From: a bacterium
Lineage (GTDB): Bacteria > Patescibacteriota > Dojkabacteria > JAKAPS01 > JAJZLI01
Assembly (NCBI GenBank): GCA_021810605.1
Contig: JAJZIL010000002.1
Span: 1,109 to 65,108 of the forward strand
Direction: 5' to 3'
DNA: 64,000 bases
The notes beneath the pieces are model-generated. The model ran no database searches, had not been told where the DNA came from, and saw only the letters and a list, made by a program, of their open reading frames with translations. Shown here one piece after another: positions 40,963 to 52,287 of the stretch. The first letter of the stretch is position 1; each line of letters opens with the position of its first letter. A program made the position numbers and the translations under genes.

Positions 40963-41740
40963 AAATATAAGATCTATAAGTCTTATTAGTTCTTTAATTA
41001 TAGTGATTATTTCATTTATAAGTATAATTTTCTTTGAATCAAGAGATATTATTATTGAAGTATTATTAATCTTTATCACTTATATTATATCATTGTTAAT
41101 ATCTGATTTTAATTTTAAAATAAAGGAATTATTTAATCTTTTTATTATTCCAAGTCTAATAATTTTTTTATTTTATTCTTTTATATTAAGATATGATTTA
41201 TTACATCAAAGTATATATTTGGTAATATTTATCGGGTTAATTTACTTTATTTTTTTATATGCTTCATTTATACATATAAGTATTATTAATGTCTCTAAAT
41301 TTGAATCAGTTCCATTAGCAAGTTTTTCCTATACTATAAATTATATAATATTAACTGTAATCTCATATTTCTCTTTCTTGTTTGGTTTTCTGCAAAATAA
41401 TATTTTTTTATTAATTCTTTATATTGTAATATTTTCGATTATTATAATATCTCAAAATTTAACATCATTAGAGTATGATTCTACAGAAATCAATTTATAT
41501 AGTGCTATTGGAGCTTTAATGTTTTTTAATTTAACTATATTCTTTATTTTCTATCCGATATATATATTCATAGCAGCTCTTTCATTAGCTTTGGTTATGT
41601 ATATTTATAATGGTATATTACTTCATAATAGGACTAATAGGATTCCATATTTTAATTATATTGAATATTTAATATTTTCTATAATTATAGTCTTATCTCT
41701 TATATATATTCCTAGTTGGGGCATATCTGGTCATCTATAA
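40940..41740 (+). CDS. hypothetical polytopic membrane protein
   Basis: 7-8 hydrophobic helices and no motif. Confidence 0.4.
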   Translation: MKNFLLSKNIRSISLISSLIIVIISFISIIFFESRDIIIEVLLIFITYIISLLISDFNFKIKELFNLFIIPSLIIFLFYSFILRYDLLHQSIYLVIFIGLIYFIFLYASFIHISIINVSKFESVPLASFSYTINYIILTVISYFSFLFGFLQNNIFLLILYIVIFSIIIISQNLTSLEYDSTEINLYSAIGALMFFNLTIFFIFYPIYIFIAALSLALVMYIYNGILLHNRTNRIPYFNYIEYLIFSIIIVLSLIYIPSWGISGHL

Positions 41741-42175
41741 TCAATTTTTATTGAAATTGTAGGGGAGTAAGTATCTTAATTATTCTTTTTCCATATTTTC
41801 TTTTTATAATTAAATTATTAATTATAGTAATTAGATAAATTATATATATTATTATAAATATAATTTATAGAGAAAGTTTATAAATCTGCTAAATATATTA
41901 CTATAACAGTCAAAGTAGGGGGTAGAGTCCTATAGTATAGAACCTATAGTGATTAGTTGAATAGGGCAATACTACCTTATAGTATTTTTAATTAATGTGG
42001 ATAAGTGAGTCGGCAAGATATACCTAAATATGATAATTAGATTATAAGTAAGTGATAATATTTTAGAAATATGAATATAATTATTAAAATAATAAAGTAT
42101 AATGTCTCTCTCATATAAGTAATGATAGAGAGGTACTCTTCTTCCATCATAAAAGCTATTAGAAAGATAAAAATA

Positions 42176-42222
42176 TAACTGAGTATAATCACCCTTATAC
42201 TCAGTTATTAACTTCTGTTTTT
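42176..42222 (+). terminator. 10-bp perfect hairpin plus T-tract inside the long non-coding region
   Basis: ACTGAGTATA-atcaccct-TATACTCAGT followed by ...TTCTGTTTTTT. Confidence 0.25.
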
Positions 42223-42831
42223 TAAAAAGGTAGGTCCCCTTCTATTCTACTCTATTTTAGACGTTTATCTTTCTTAAGGTATAAATTATTATGATATTGC
42301 AAAAATAGAAATTTTATTTATATATAATATATTATATATTTTTTTATTATTCTCTATTTATAGAATTTATATTTTATGAGAATTTTTTGTGAATAAATAT
42401 TTGTTTAGTATTATTTTTACTTTTTATCATAAATAAACCCAATTATTTTTATAATAAATACATATAGAGAAAGTATTACTGTTTGTGGAATAAATGTTTT
42501 AGTATCTGGAAGTATAGCAACTTATCCCCTATTGAGGATGCTGTGGAGAAGAAGTAGTCCAAGAAAAAGTTATTATAAGTAGATTTTATAGTTAAATTTT
42601 ACATATTTGATACTCCTACATATGCTAGAATTGCAGGTTTTTTAAAATTAGAAGTCATAAAAATGCTGAATACTAAAATATTAGGTAAAAATAAATCTAA
42701 TAAGTTCATAACTAACATTGAGAATATAGCATTATTTAGTAGTAACTTAAATCTAATTTTCTTTATTTTTCATATTATATATAATATATTATATACATTC
42801 TATATTTTTATAATTATTTTTTATATAAATT

Positions 42832-43044
42832 ATGGCTAATTCAAAAATAAAATTAACAAAAAATGGTCCTTTAAAAATTTCAGGTGATTTTGAACTTGAA
42901 GATGAACAAGAGAAAGTAATACAGATTTCTGGTGATAATTATCTTTGTAGATGTGGAAATTCATCAGATAAACCTTTTTGTGATGGAACTCATGCTGTAT
43001 TACATTTTGATTCATCTAAAGGAATACAAGAATATTCTGAATGA
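42832..43044 (+). CDS. CDGSH-type iron-sulfur domain protein (mitoNEET-like)
   Basis: CRCGNSSDKPFCDGTH is the canonical C-x-C-x2-S-x3-P-x-C-D-G-(S/T)-H motif. Confidence 0.75.
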   Translation: MANSKIKLTKNGPLKISGDFELEDEQEKVIQISGDNYLCRCGNSSDKPFCDGTHAVLHFDSSKGIQEYSE

Positions 43045-43718
43045 AAATTATATTGAAAGAAAAGAAAAAATTATTTGATGATATTTATGAATTTAATTTT
43101 AAGTCAGATGATATTGTAAATTGGATTCCTGGACAATTTTTACAATATTATATTGATTGTAAGGATGATGGTAGAGGTACAGATAGATTTTTTACTATTG
43201 CATCTTCCCCATTAGAGGGTATTATAAAATTAACAACAAGATTTTCTTCTAAAGGGAGTTCATTTAAGAAAGTACTAAAAGGTATAAAAATTGGAACTTC
43301 TTTAAATGTAGAAGGTCCTTGGGGTAAATTTACACTTATAGATAGTTATATAACAAAAAAGATTTTTTTTATTTCAGGAGGTGTAGGAATTACTCCTTTT
43401 AGAAGTATTATTCAAGATTTATATTTAAAAAAAGAAAAAATTGATATTACCCTACTCTATTATAATAAAACATCAGAATTTATATATAAAAATGAATTTG
43501 ATAAAAATAATGCAATAAAAAAATCATATATAATAGGTTCGGTCGATAAAATATCTTTATTAGAGAATATTAATGTATTAGATAATCAAAATTCTCTCTA
43601 TTACATTTCAGGTCCTGAAGGGTTTGTTAAGACTACAGAGAGTATATTCTTGAATGATTTAAATATTTATAAAGAAAATTTAAAATCAGATTTTTTCCCA
43701 GGTTACTCTAAAATATAA
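43041..43718 (+). CDS. ferredoxin-NADP reductase-like FAD/NAD(P)-binding oxidoreductase
   Basis: FAD motif RFFTIASSP (RxYS-type) and NAD(P) motif ISGGVGITPF. It overlaps the CDGSH gene by 4 nt. Confidence 0.65.
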   Translation: MKIILKEKKKLFDDIYEFNFKSDDIVNWIPGQFLQYYIDCKDDGRGTDRFFTIASSPLEGIIKLTTRFSSKGSSFKKVLKGIKIGTSLNVEGPWGKFTLIDSYITKKIFFISGGVGITPFRSIIQDLYLKKEKIDITLLYYNKTSEFIYKNEFDKNNAIKKSYIIGSVDKISLLENINVLDNQNSLYYISGPEGFVKTTESIFLNDLNIYKENLKSDFFPGYSKI

Positions 43719-43752
43719 AATATTATTGAAAGTAGTAATTTTTTGTTATAGT

Positions 43753-44733
43753 ATGATATATATGGAATTCAAACTATTAGATCATAAAAAAGATTTTCTA
43801 TTAAATCTTTTGAATAATAACTATAGTAATGAAACTATATATAACTATACAAGAGATCTTTCTCTTTTTGAACTATTTTTATCTTCTAGAGGTATTGGAT
43901 TCAGTGATATAGATAAAAATGATATTGTTAATTTTAAGGATTTTTTACGTACTGGTGAATATATAGGTATACTTAAGGAAGATAAAGAGAATATTCATAA
44001 TTTTAGTAAAGATTCTACAGGGAAACTTTCTCCAAGGTCTATTAATAGAGTATTATCTTCCTTAAGAACATATATTAGGTATCTAATTGATTTTGAATTT
44101 GATTTTCCAGTTGCTCCTGAATCTATAAAATTAATAAAGACAGAAAAAAAATCTTCTCAAGTTGCAGAATTTCAAGAACTTATAAAATTAATAGAATTTC
44201 CTTCAGTTTATGAAAAGAATGAATTTGTAAAATTTAGAAATAGAGCAATATTAGAAACATTATTCTCTACAGGGATGAGGATTTCAGAATTAGTATCACT
44301 TAATAGAGATCAGGTTAATGATGATGGACGAATATATGTATTAGGAAAAGGTAAAAAACAGAGATTTGTATATCTTACAGAAAGAGCAAAGAAGAATATA
44401 TTCAATTATTTAGAATTAAGAGATGATGATAATAATGCATTATTTACACCAATTAGAGGTGGTAGAAATGGTAGTGTAAATAATAGAATCTCAACAAATT
44501 ATATTCAGGATAAAATTTCATTTTATAGAAAAAAATTAGGAATAATAGTACCTACAAGTGCTCATAGTTTAAGGCATGGGTTTGCTACTTATCTTGCAGA
44601 AGAAGGTGCTAATGCAGTAGCAATACAAATATTATTAGGACATGAGTCATTACAGACTACTAATAAATATATGCATGCTTCTGATAAATATGCAGAAGAG
44701 ACTCACAAAAAGTTTCATCCATTAAAAAATTAA
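43753..44733 (+). CDS. tyrosine site-specific recombinase (XerC/XerD-like)
   Basis: C-terminal catalytic block AHSLRHGFATYLAEEGANAVAIQILLGHESLQTTNKYMH (R..H.R.Y). Start is uncertain: TTG at 43726, ATG at 43753 or 43762. Confidence 0.8.
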   Translation: MIYMEFKLLDHKKDFLLNLLNNNYSNETIYNYTRDLSLFELFLSSRGIGFSDIDKNDIVNFKDFLRTGEYIGILKEDKENIHNFSKDSTGKLSPRSINRVLSSLRTYIRYLIDFEFDFPVAPESIKLIKTEKKSSQVAEFQELIKLIEFPSVYEKNEFVKFRNRAILETLFSTGMRISELVSLNRDQVNDDGRIYVLGKGKKQRFVYLTERAKKNIFNYLELRDDDNNALFTPIRGGRNGSVNNRISTNYIQDKISFYRKKLGIIVPTSAHSLRHGFATYLAEEGANAVAIQILLGHESLQTTNKYMHASDKYAEETHKKFHPLKN

Positions 44734-44742
44734 ATATTTTCT

Positions 44743-45147
44743 TTAATTACAAGTGTCTAGATTACTCCCATTGTAATTATATTCACCTGATCTGATAGAT
44801 TCATATTGATTAGCATTTCCTGGATAGAAAGTACATAATGTTCCTCCAGACCCACCATTTATATCATTGTTATATATAGAATATTGGAATATAGATGGAA
44901 CGGAAGTTAGGGATTGAGTATACAAGGTTACTTGTCTAGATGTATTTCGGTAACTAGATTGAGAATAGACTCCATATTGTTCTACTATATTTGTAGGACC
45001 TACACCAGCATAAACTACAGAGTCTCTATATAAAAAAATTCCGACAAACACAAAAAATATAGAAAAAACTATAACTTTGAGTAATATTTTCCTATTTTTT
45101 AAAAACTTCATTATATCTAATATATACAATATAATATAAAAATTCAA
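44743..45147 (-). CDS. small secreted protein sharing its promoter and signal peptide with the 636-aa protein at 60867
   Basis: N-terminal 40 aa identical to the ORF at 60867. A likely SPase I site follows VYA, and the mature part of about 95 aa has a C-terminal Cys pair. The true start may be the MKFLKN Met at 45111. Confidence 0.5.
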   Translation of the reverse strand: MNFYIILYILDIMKFLKNRKILLKVIVFSIFFVFVGIFLYRDSVVYAGVGPTNIVEQYGVYSQSSYRNTSRQVTLYTQSLTSVPSIFQYSIYNNDINGGSGGTLCTFYPGNANQYESIRSGEYNYNGSNLDTCN

Positions 45148-45158
45148 TACTAATTAAT
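45027..45158. repeat. left copy of a 132-bp inverted repeat (131/132 identical) with 60856-60987
   Basis: Direct comparison of the reverse complement of 45027-45158 with 60856-60987 shows one mismatch. The repeat covers about 50 bp upstream, the ATG and about 40 codons. Confidence 0.9.
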
Positions 45159-45310
45159 ATATAGACAGAATTCTTATGATTAGTAGTTGTTTATAAGTTT
45201 AGTAAAAATCATATAATTTTGACTTTCAATATATTTATAATATAATAGATAATACCTTGTGAGTAAAGAGGTCTTTTACTAGAAATACTAGAAAATTTTT
45301 AATTTTTACA

Positions 45311-47251
45311 ATGAAGCAGTTATTAAATAAAATTTTTAATCCTCCATTAGATATTCTTGTTTTTAAAATATATATATATTGGTTTATATTAGGAATATCA
45401 ATTTTTATATTTTTTTCTAATTACTTATCAAGTCTATTTTCTGTATTAGTATTACTAATCTTCTCATCAGGATTTTTTATACTTAGATATTTAAGAGGTG
45501 ATATAAGATCTCCATTTAAGATAGCATACTTGTTTCCTATTTTTATGATATTTGCAATAATTTCTATTTTTTTTAGTGTTGATAAATATTCTTCAATACT
45601 TAGTATAATTACATATATCTCTTTATTTATAATATTTATGCTTTCTTTTGATATTTTGTCTGAACCTAAAGTATTGAAATGGTTTTTATCTTGGTTACTT
45701 TTTATAGGGGTAATATTTTCAATTGTAGGTATAATATATTATGTAGGGGGTTACAGTCATTATTTAGTAGGTACATTAAATAGTTCTTTTATATCTGCTG
45801 CTTTTTTACTATTGCTTATTCCAGTATCTTTCTATTTTTATATTTTTTCAAATAAAGTTTCTAGTAGAGTTATAAATCTCTTCACTCTTTCTATACTTAT
45901 TGTATCTTTATTTATAACTTACTCATATTTTTCATATATAGCATTATTTGTAGAAATAGTATTAATTCTATTTATATTAAGAAATTATTGGGTCAAAGAT
46001 ATAGTTAAAATCTTTTTTTTAATAGTTGTGTCAATAGTTTTATTTGTAGCAGTTAGTAAATATAATAAACCATTTGATAAAATATATAATACTTCTTCAA
46101 ATATAACTGATGTATTGAATATCTCATCCTCTCAAAGGATTAGACTTTATGAGAAAGAATGGAATATTTTTATTGCTAAACCTTTTTTTGGATATGGAAT
46201 TGGTACGAATAGTGATGTGTTTAAAAAATTCGAATATTCACCTTGGTTATATCTTTCTGGAGGATATAATGTATTTATCAATTTATTTTTAGATGTAGGT
46301 GTATTTGGTGGATTAGCTTTCTTAGGATTTTTTGGAATAATATTATATTATGGTTTTTATAGTATATTTTCTAATCCAAAATATCTTAAATTAAAAAATA
46401 ATCCTCCTAAAAATTTTATCTTTATTCCAATTTTTGTATCAATATTTGGTGTAATATTGTACTCTTTTTTTAATAATGATTTATCATATATTTCAATACT
46501 ACTACCCTTATTTATTTTTGTTGGGATCGTATTTAATTATTTTAATTTAGATAAGAAATTTTTTAAAACTTTCGCTAATATTGTATTTGTATTTTCAATA
46601 GTATTCATAGTTATATCTATAGATTTATATCTTTCTGGAGTATTTTTCAATAATGGTATAAAGGTTATAGATGGGAGTTTATCTTTAAATAAATCTCAAG
46701 TTAATTCTGCTTTAAATTATTTTGATAATTCTGCACTATTATTTCCATTTAATTTTAATACATACAATGAGATTGGAATTAGTTTTGAATATTTAAAAGA
46801 ATATAATAAATCTATTGATAATTTTAAAAAATCTCTAAGTATTAATAGTTATAATCCAAATGCTAATTATCAATTAGGAAGAGCATATTATAATAATAAT
46901 GAGTATAAAAAATCATTAGTATATTTCAAGAAAGCATATAATTTTAATAAATTATATAATCCATTATATCTTTTATCTTTAGGAGAATATTACTCTTTTA
47001 GAAAACAAAATTCTAAATCTGAAAAAATATATAAAGAAGCAATAAAATTGTTTCCACTAAAAAATCTAATACATGAAGATTATCCTCAAATATTTTATAA
47101 TAACAATGATAATTCTAACCTATCAAATATATATACAAATCTATATTCAATGACTAAAAATATTAAATATTATAATTTATATGAAGAGCTATCTCCTCTA
47201 CATATACAAACAAAAATTCCAATAAAGAAATCTGTGCCTAAGAAAAAATAA
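45311..47251 (+). CDS. O-antigen ligase (Wzy_C) family membrane protein with C-terminal TPR repeats
   Basis: About 10 TM helices, a large loop with R...KPFFGYGIG...GGYNVFINLFLDVGVFGGLAF (Wzy_C-like), and C-terminal TPR-like repeats (NANYQLGRAYYNNNEYKKSLVYFKKA). Confidence 0.6.
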   Translation: MKQLLNKIFNPPLDILVFKIYIYWFILGISIFIFFSNYLSSLFSVLVLLIFSSGFFILRYLRGDIRSPFKIAYLFPIFMIFAIISIFFSVDKYSSILSIITYISLFIIFMLSFDILSEPKVLKWFLSWLLFIGVIFSIVGIIYYVGGYSHYLVGTLNSSFISAAFLLLLIPVSFYFYIFSNKVSSRVINLFTLSILIVSLFITYSYFSYIALFVEIVLILFILRNYWVKDIVKIFFLIVVSIVLFVAVSKYNKPFDKIYNTSSNITDVLNISSSQRIRLYEKEWNIFIAKPFFGYGIGTNSDVFKKFEYSPWLYLSGGYNVFINLFLDVGVFGGLAFLGFFGIILYYGFYSIFSNPKYLKLKNNPPKNFIFIPIFVSIFGVILYSFFNNDLSYISILLPLFIFVGIVFNYFNLDKKFFKTFANIVFVFSIVFIVISIDLYLSGVFFNNGIKVIDGSLSLNKSQVNSALNYFDNSALLFPFNFNTYNEIGISFEYLKEYNKSIDNFKKSLSINSYNPNANYQLGRAYYNNNEYKKSLVYFKKAYNFNKLYNPLYLLSLGEYYSFRKQNSKSEKIYKEAIKLFPLKNLIHEDYPQIFYNNNDNSNLSNIYTNLYSMTKNIKYYNLYEELSPLHIQTKIPIKKSVPKKK

Positions 47252-47258
47252 TGAATGT

Positions 47259-49715
47259 TTAATTACTTTCTATTGTAGAGACTATATCTCCATTTTTAAG
47301 ATTTATAAGTTTTACTCCAGATGTGTGTCTATTGTGTTTTGGAATAGAAGCAATATCCATTTTTATAATCTGACCTTTGTTTGATATAATCAATATTTCA
47401 CTGCTTTGAGTATTTATCATTTTCATTGAAGCTATTTTCCCAGTTTTAGAATTTATTTTTGATGCAAATACTCCCTTTCCACCTCTTATTTGAGTATTAT
47501 ACTTTTCTACTGGAGTTCTTTTTCCAAAACCATTTTCACTAACAATTAATACATCTGTTCCTTCCTCTACTATACCTACTCCTACTACTTCATTATCAGT
47601 AGTCATCTTAATTGATCGTACTCCTCTAGATGCTCTTCCTGTTTCTCTTACATCACTTTCTTTAAATCTAATTGAATTTGCATTCTTTGTTACTACTATA
47701 ACTTCTTTTTCTCCATCTGTTTTTTCTACCCATTTTAGTAAATCACCTTTATCTAATTTGATAGCTATAATTCCATTTTTTCTTATATTTGAAAGATCTG
47801 ATATTTTTGTTTTTTTTACAATACCATTCTTTGTTGTCATAAATAGATATTTATAGTCATTTCCAGATTTATCTAGAGTTATTACTGCATTAATATTTTC
47901 TCCTCCTTCAAGATTAATAAAATTAACCATAGGTTGACCTTTTGCAACTCTTGAGAATTCTGGTATCTCATAGACTTTTGATTGGAATACTCTTCCTTTA
48001 TTAGAGAAAAACAAAATATCATTTAGAGTTGTAGTCATTATTGCATGTGATATTACATCTTCTTCTTTAGTAGTCATACCTATTATTCCCTTTCCACCTC
48101 TATTTTGAACTTTATATGTATCAGGAGAAATTCTTTTTATATATCCAGTCTTACTAATAGTTATTAAAGTTTCCTTATCTTCTACAATATCTTGAATATC
48201 AAACTCTCCTACCTTTGATTTAACTACTTTTGTAAGTCTTTCATCACCATACTTTTCTATAATCTCTCTACTTTCATTTTTGACTATTTTAACGATATTA
48301 AATTTATCAGAAAGTATAGTTTCAAGTTTACTAATAAGCTCTCTTATACTTTTTAGTTCATCTTCAATTTTTTGTCTTTCTAAAGCAGCAAGTCTTCTAA
48401 GTTGCATATCTAATATTGCTTGAGATTGAATCTCTGATAGATTAAAATTTTTAATTAATTTTAATTTAGCTTCATCAGCATCTTTAGAAGATCTTATAAT
48501 ATTAATTACTTCATCAATATTATCTATAGCAATCTTTAAACCTTCTAATATATGTTCTCTCTCTTTAGCTTTTCGAAGATCAAATTCAGTTCTTTTCTGT
48601 ATTACCGTTATCCTGTGTTCTATAAATATTTCTAATATATTTTTTAGATTAAGTGTTTTTGGTTCCCCATCAACTAGTGCTAGCATATTAGAATTAAATA
48701 CAGATTGTAGTTCAGTAAATTTAAATAATTTATTAATTATTATTTTTGCTCTTGCATCTTTTTTAAGATCTAATACTATTCTTATATCAGTTTTTGCACT
48801 TTCATCTCTAATATCTGAAATTCCTTCAATTTTTTCATTTTTTACTAAATCTGCAATTTTGATTATAAGTCTTGCTTTATTTACTTGAAAAGGAAGCTCA
48901 GTTATAATTATCTGCATTTTTCCAGATTTATTTTCTACTATTTCTGCCTTTCCTCTTGTGAGTACCCTACCTCTTCCTGTCATATACATATTTAAAATTT
49001 CATCTCTATCATATATAGTTCCAAGAGTAGGAAAATCTGGACCTTTTATATATTCCATTAAATCTTCAACTTTAACATCATCATCCAATTTATTTGTTTC
49101 AGAAACAGATTTAATATTATCAAGTATATATATAATTGCACTCATTACCTCTTTTAGGTTATGAGGTGGGATTTTAGTAGCCATTCCTACAGCAATACCT
49201 TCTGTTCCATTTAATATCAAATTAGGTACTGCTGTAGGTAATATATCTGGTTCTTGAAGTCTTCCATCATATGTATCATGAAAATTAACAGTTTCTTTTT
49301 CTATATCTTTGATAATTTCATCAGATATTTTTTCTAGTTTTGCCTCAGTATATCTCATTGCTGCTGGACTATCACCATCAATAGAACCAAAATTCCCCTG
49401 ACCTTTAACTAAGGGGTATCTTAGTGAAAAATATTGAGCCATATGAACAAGAGCATCATATATGGAAATATCTCCATGTGGATGATATTTTCCCATCACA
49501 TCTCCAACAATTCTAGAACTTTTACTATATTTAGCTGAAAAATATAATCTATCTTCATGCATAGTATATATTATTCTTCTTTGCACTGGTTTTAATCCAT
49601 CTTTTGCATCAGGTAATGCTCTAGCAGTAATAACACTCATTGAGTAGTTAATATAACTTTTTTTCATTTCATCTGAGATGTTTACTATTCTAATTTTATC
49701 TATAGTATTATCCAT
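47259..49715 (-). CDS. gyrA: DNA gyrase subunit A
   Basis: Active-site region [10 protein letters not shown] and a QRR-like region KYHPHGD. Beta-pinwheel C-terminus, 818 aa. Confidence 0.9.
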   Translation of the reverse strand: MDNTIDKIRIVNISDEMKKSYINYSMSVITARALPDAKDGLKPVQRRIIYTMHEDRLYFSAKYSKSSRIVGDVMGKYHPHGDISIYDALVHMAQYFSLRYPLVKGQGNFGSIDGDSPAAMRYTEAKLEKISDEIIKDIEKETVNFHDTYDGRLQEPDILPTAVPNLILNGTEGIAVGMATKIPPHNLKEVMSAIIYILDNIKSVSETNKLDDDVKVEDLMEYIKGPDFPTLGTIYDRDEILNMYMTGRGRVLTRGKAEIVENKSGKMQIIITELPFQVNKARLIIKIADLVKNEKIEGISDIRDESAKTDIRIVLDLKKDARAKIIINKLFKFTELQSVFNSNMLALVDGEPKTLNLKNILEIFIEHRITVIQKRTEFDLRKAKEREHILEGLKIAIDNIDEVINIIRSSKDADEAKLKLIKNFNLSEIQSQAILDMQLRRLAALERQKIEDELKSIRELISKLETILSDKFNIVKIVKNESREIIEKYGDERLTKVVKSKVGEFDIQDIVEDKETLITISKTGYIKRISPDTYKVQNRGGKGIIGMTTKEEDVISHAIMTTTLNDILFFSNKGRVFQSKVYEIPEFSRVAKGQPMVNFINLEGGENINAVITLDKSGNDYKYLFMTTKNGIVKKTKISDLSNIRKNGIIAIKLDKGDLLKWVEKTDGEKEVIVVTKNANSIRFKESDVRETGRASRGVRSIKMTTDNEVVGVGIVEEGTDVLIVSENGFGKRTPVEKYNTQIRGGKGVFASKINSKTGKIASMKMINTQSSEILIISNKGQIIKMDIASIPKHNRHTSGVKLINLKNGDIVSTIESN

Positions 49716-49719
49716 ATTC

Positions 49720-51642
49720 TTATATATCTATTTCTGCTGATTTAGCATTTAATTGTATAAATTTTTTTCTAGGAGGAACTTCTGTTCCCATTAACATTTC
49801 AAAAGTTTTATCTGCTTCTTCAAAGTCATCTATATTGATTTGCTTTAGTACCCTTGTTGCAGGATTCATTGTAGTATCCCATAATTGTTCAGAATTCATT
49901 TCTCCCAACCCTTTATACCTTTGTATAGAATTAATTTTGATATTTTCTGATTCTAATCTCTTTGTTATCTTCTCTAAATCACTATCATCTAATGCCCAAA
50001 TTTCATCTTTTGTATTTGATGTAGTGAGTTTATATAAAGGAGGTTGTGCTATATATACATATCCTTTTTCTAGAACTTCTTTGAGATGTCTATATAGGAA
50101 AGTTAATATTAATGTAGCAATATGCTCCCCATCTACATCTGCATCTGCCATTATTATAATTTTTTTGTATCTTATTTTATCTATATTGAGAGTATCTGCT
50201 ATTCCTGTACCTAATGCTATTACAAAATCTTTTAATTTATCATTTTCTAATACTTTATCAATTCGATATTTTTCACTATTTATAGGTTTTCCTGTTAGAG
50301 GTAATATTGCCTGAGTCATTCTATCTCTAGCAGCCTTTGCACTTCCTCCTGCACTATCTCCTTCTACAATAAATATTTCACATCTTTCAGGATCTTTTTC
50401 ACTACAGTCAGATAACTTTCCAGGAAGAGCTCCACCTTCAAAAACTCCTTTTCTTATAACTGAATCTCTAGCAGCTTTTGCAGCCTTTCTTGCTTTTGCA
50501 GCAAGTAATACTTTATCCATAATATTCTTTGCATCTTTTGGATTTTCCTCTAGATATGTTTCTAATTCTTTTGCAACAATGTTTCTGGTGATTGTTTGAA
50601 TTTCAGAATTATTTAATTTCATTTTAGTCTGTCCCTCAAATTGTGGATTCTCAAGTTTTACAGATATGATAGCAGTAAGACCTTCTCTTACATCATCTCC
50701 TGTAAGTAAATCTTTAGTATCTTTTATCAATCCTATTTTTTTTGCATAATCATTAATTGTTTTTGTTAGAGCAGTTTTAAATCCAGTAATATGTGTTCCC
50801 CCTTCAGGATTATATATATTATTTGCAAAAGACATCATATTGTCTGAAATCTCAGTTGTATATTGCATTGCTACTTCTATCATAGAATTATCAACTTCTT
50901 TTTTTAAATATATAATATTAGTAATATTATGTTTATCTTTATCGAGAGTTCTTACATATGATTTTGCTCCACCTTCAAAATATATATAGTATGGTTGAGA
51001 ATAATTAAGACTTCTCTCATCTTGAAAAGTGAAGAGTATATTTCCTGTTAGATAAGCTTGCTCTCTTACTCTTCTAAGTAGTTGTTTACTATTTATATCT
51101 ATATCAGTAAATATACTTGTATCTGGTTTAAATGTTTGAATAGTTCCATGATCTTTGGCAATTGTATTTTCTTGTTTTTTTACTTGATATTGAGGAATAC
51201 CTTTATTGTATTCTTGTATATATCCTTCTCCTCCTATAAATGATTGAGTAGACATATATTCACTTAAAGCATTAGTACAAGAGACCCCTACTCCATGTAA
51301 TCCTCCTGATATTTTATATCCACCCTTGGATCCAAATTTCCCTCCAGCATGCAATACTGTCATAACAGTTTCTAAAGAAGATTTTTTTGTTTGTGGATGA
51401 ATTGCAACAGGAATTCCTCTTCCATTATCCTCAACTTGAATAGTTCCATCTTTAAAGATTCGTATATCTATTTTATTACAAAATCCAGCTAATGCTTCAT
51501 CAATAGCATTATCAATTACTTCATATATTATTTGATATACTCCATTTATATTTGTAGATCCAATATACATTGAAGGTCTTTTTCTAACAGCTTCTAGTCC
51601 TTCTAATACTACAATTGAATTTTCGTCATATGCCTCATCCAT
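49720..51642 (-). CDS. gyrB: DNA gyrase subunit B
   Basis: GHKL ATPase N-terminus, a Toprim EGDSAGGS motif, and PLKGK-like LTGKPIN. 640 aa. Confidence 0.9.
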   Translation of the reverse strand: MDEAYDENSIVVLEGLEAVRKRPSMYIGSTNINGVYQIIYEVIDNAIDEALAGFCNKIDIRIFKDGTIQVEDNGRGIPVAIHPQTKKSSLETVMTVLHAGGKFGSKGGYKISGGLHGVGVSCTNALSEYMSTQSFIGGEGYIQEYNKGIPQYQVKKQENTIAKDHGTIQTFKPDTSIFTDIDINSKQLLRRVREQAYLTGNILFTFQDERSLNYSQPYYIYFEGGAKSYVRTLDKDKHNITNIIYLKKEVDNSMIEVAMQYTTEISDNMMSFANNIYNPEGGTHITGFKTALTKTINDYAKKIGLIKDTKDLLTGDDVREGLTAIISVKLENPQFEGQTKMKLNNSEIQTITRNIVAKELETYLEENPKDAKNIMDKVLLAAKARKAAKAARDSVIRKGVFEGGALPGKLSDCSEKDPERCEIFIVEGDSAGGSAKAARDRMTQAILPLTGKPINSEKYRIDKVLENDKLKDFVIALGTGIADTLNIDKIRYKKIIIMADADVDGEHIATLILTFLYRHLKEVLEKGYVYIAQPPLYKLTTSNTKDEIWALDDSDLEKITKRLESENIKINSIQRYKGLGEMNSEQLWDTTMNPATRVLKQINIDDFEEADKTFEMLMGTEVPPRKKFIQLNAKSAEIDI

Positions 51643-51645
51643 AAT

Positions 51646-52245
51646 TTATATATTTAGTAATATATCTATTAATAAAATTTTCTCTGAAATATTATTTTGA
51701 ATTGATTTTTGAATCTCATTTAACTTTTTTAATTTATCTGTAACGTTATTAATACTCTTACAGTTTCTTATTATATACGAAATTATATTTATAATAAAGT
51801 CTTCTGTGTTATTTACTTCTTCTATATATTTTAATCTATTTTCAATATCCATATTAATAAAGGATTTTATATCATAAATCTGTACTTCACTTCTATCTTT
51901 TACAAGTATACATCTAGAATTAATAGTATCAAGAAGTTTAGTATGATTATTAATTGATATTATTATAGTAGTGTCACTATTAGTTTCTTCTAGTATCTTT
52001 AGCATTGAGTTTTGGGCTTCTATTGTAATAGATTCTATTTTTATAAGTATTACTCTTTGAGTATTTGAAAATGATTTATATTTTAAATTATTTTTTATAT
52101 CATTAATATCTCTGATTTTTATATTTCCCTTAAATTTTAAAAAATCAGGATTATATTTAGAAGTATTTGTAATAAAACTTTTTGCAAAAGAATCTATATT
52201 ATTTTCTATATTAGATTCATATATATAACTTTGTGCCATGGACAA
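51646..52245 (-). CDS. holB: short DNA polymerase III delta'-like clamp-loader subunit
   Basis: AQNSMLKILEE resembles the delta'/gamma sensor region (AANALLKTLEEP). 199 aa, upstream of gyrB. Confidence 0.4.
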   Translation of the reverse strand: MSMAQSYIYESNIENNIDSFAKSFITNTSKYNPDFLKFKGNIKIRDINDIKNNLKYKSFSNTQRVILIKIESITIEAQNSMLKILEETNSDTTIIISINNHTKLLDTINSRCILVKDRSEVQIYDIKSFINMDIENRLKYIEEVNNTEDFIINIISYIIRNCKSINNVTDKLKKLNEIQKSIQNNISEKILLIDILLNI

Positions 52246-52287
52246 ATTCTATCATAATTTTTTAATCTTTAAAATTTTATTTTATTA

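Noticed and set aside
42663-42836. 57-aa hydrophobic ORF (MLNTKILGKNKSNKF…) just upstream of the CDGSH gene
   Set aside because: It is made of AT-rich codons (I/F/Y/N) in a promoter-like region, has no SD, and terminates inside the CDGSH start. It is most likely spurious, though a small membrane peptide cannot be excluded without expression data.
43726-44733. A prophage or integrative element inferred from the tyrosine recombinase
   Set aside because: No phage structural, replication or transfer genes, no flanking direct repeats, and no tRNA/tmRNA-adjacent att could be found in the window. The C-terminus is XerC/XerD-like, so a chromosomal dimer-resolution or inversion recombinase is equally or more likely. 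It is therefore not called a mobile element.
49835-50314. 159-aa ORF on the plus strand inside gyrB. The same applies to 48958-49164 inside gyrA
   Set aside because: Both are antisense to strongly conserved gyrase coding sequence and are hydrophobic, AT-codon-biased shadow ORFs.
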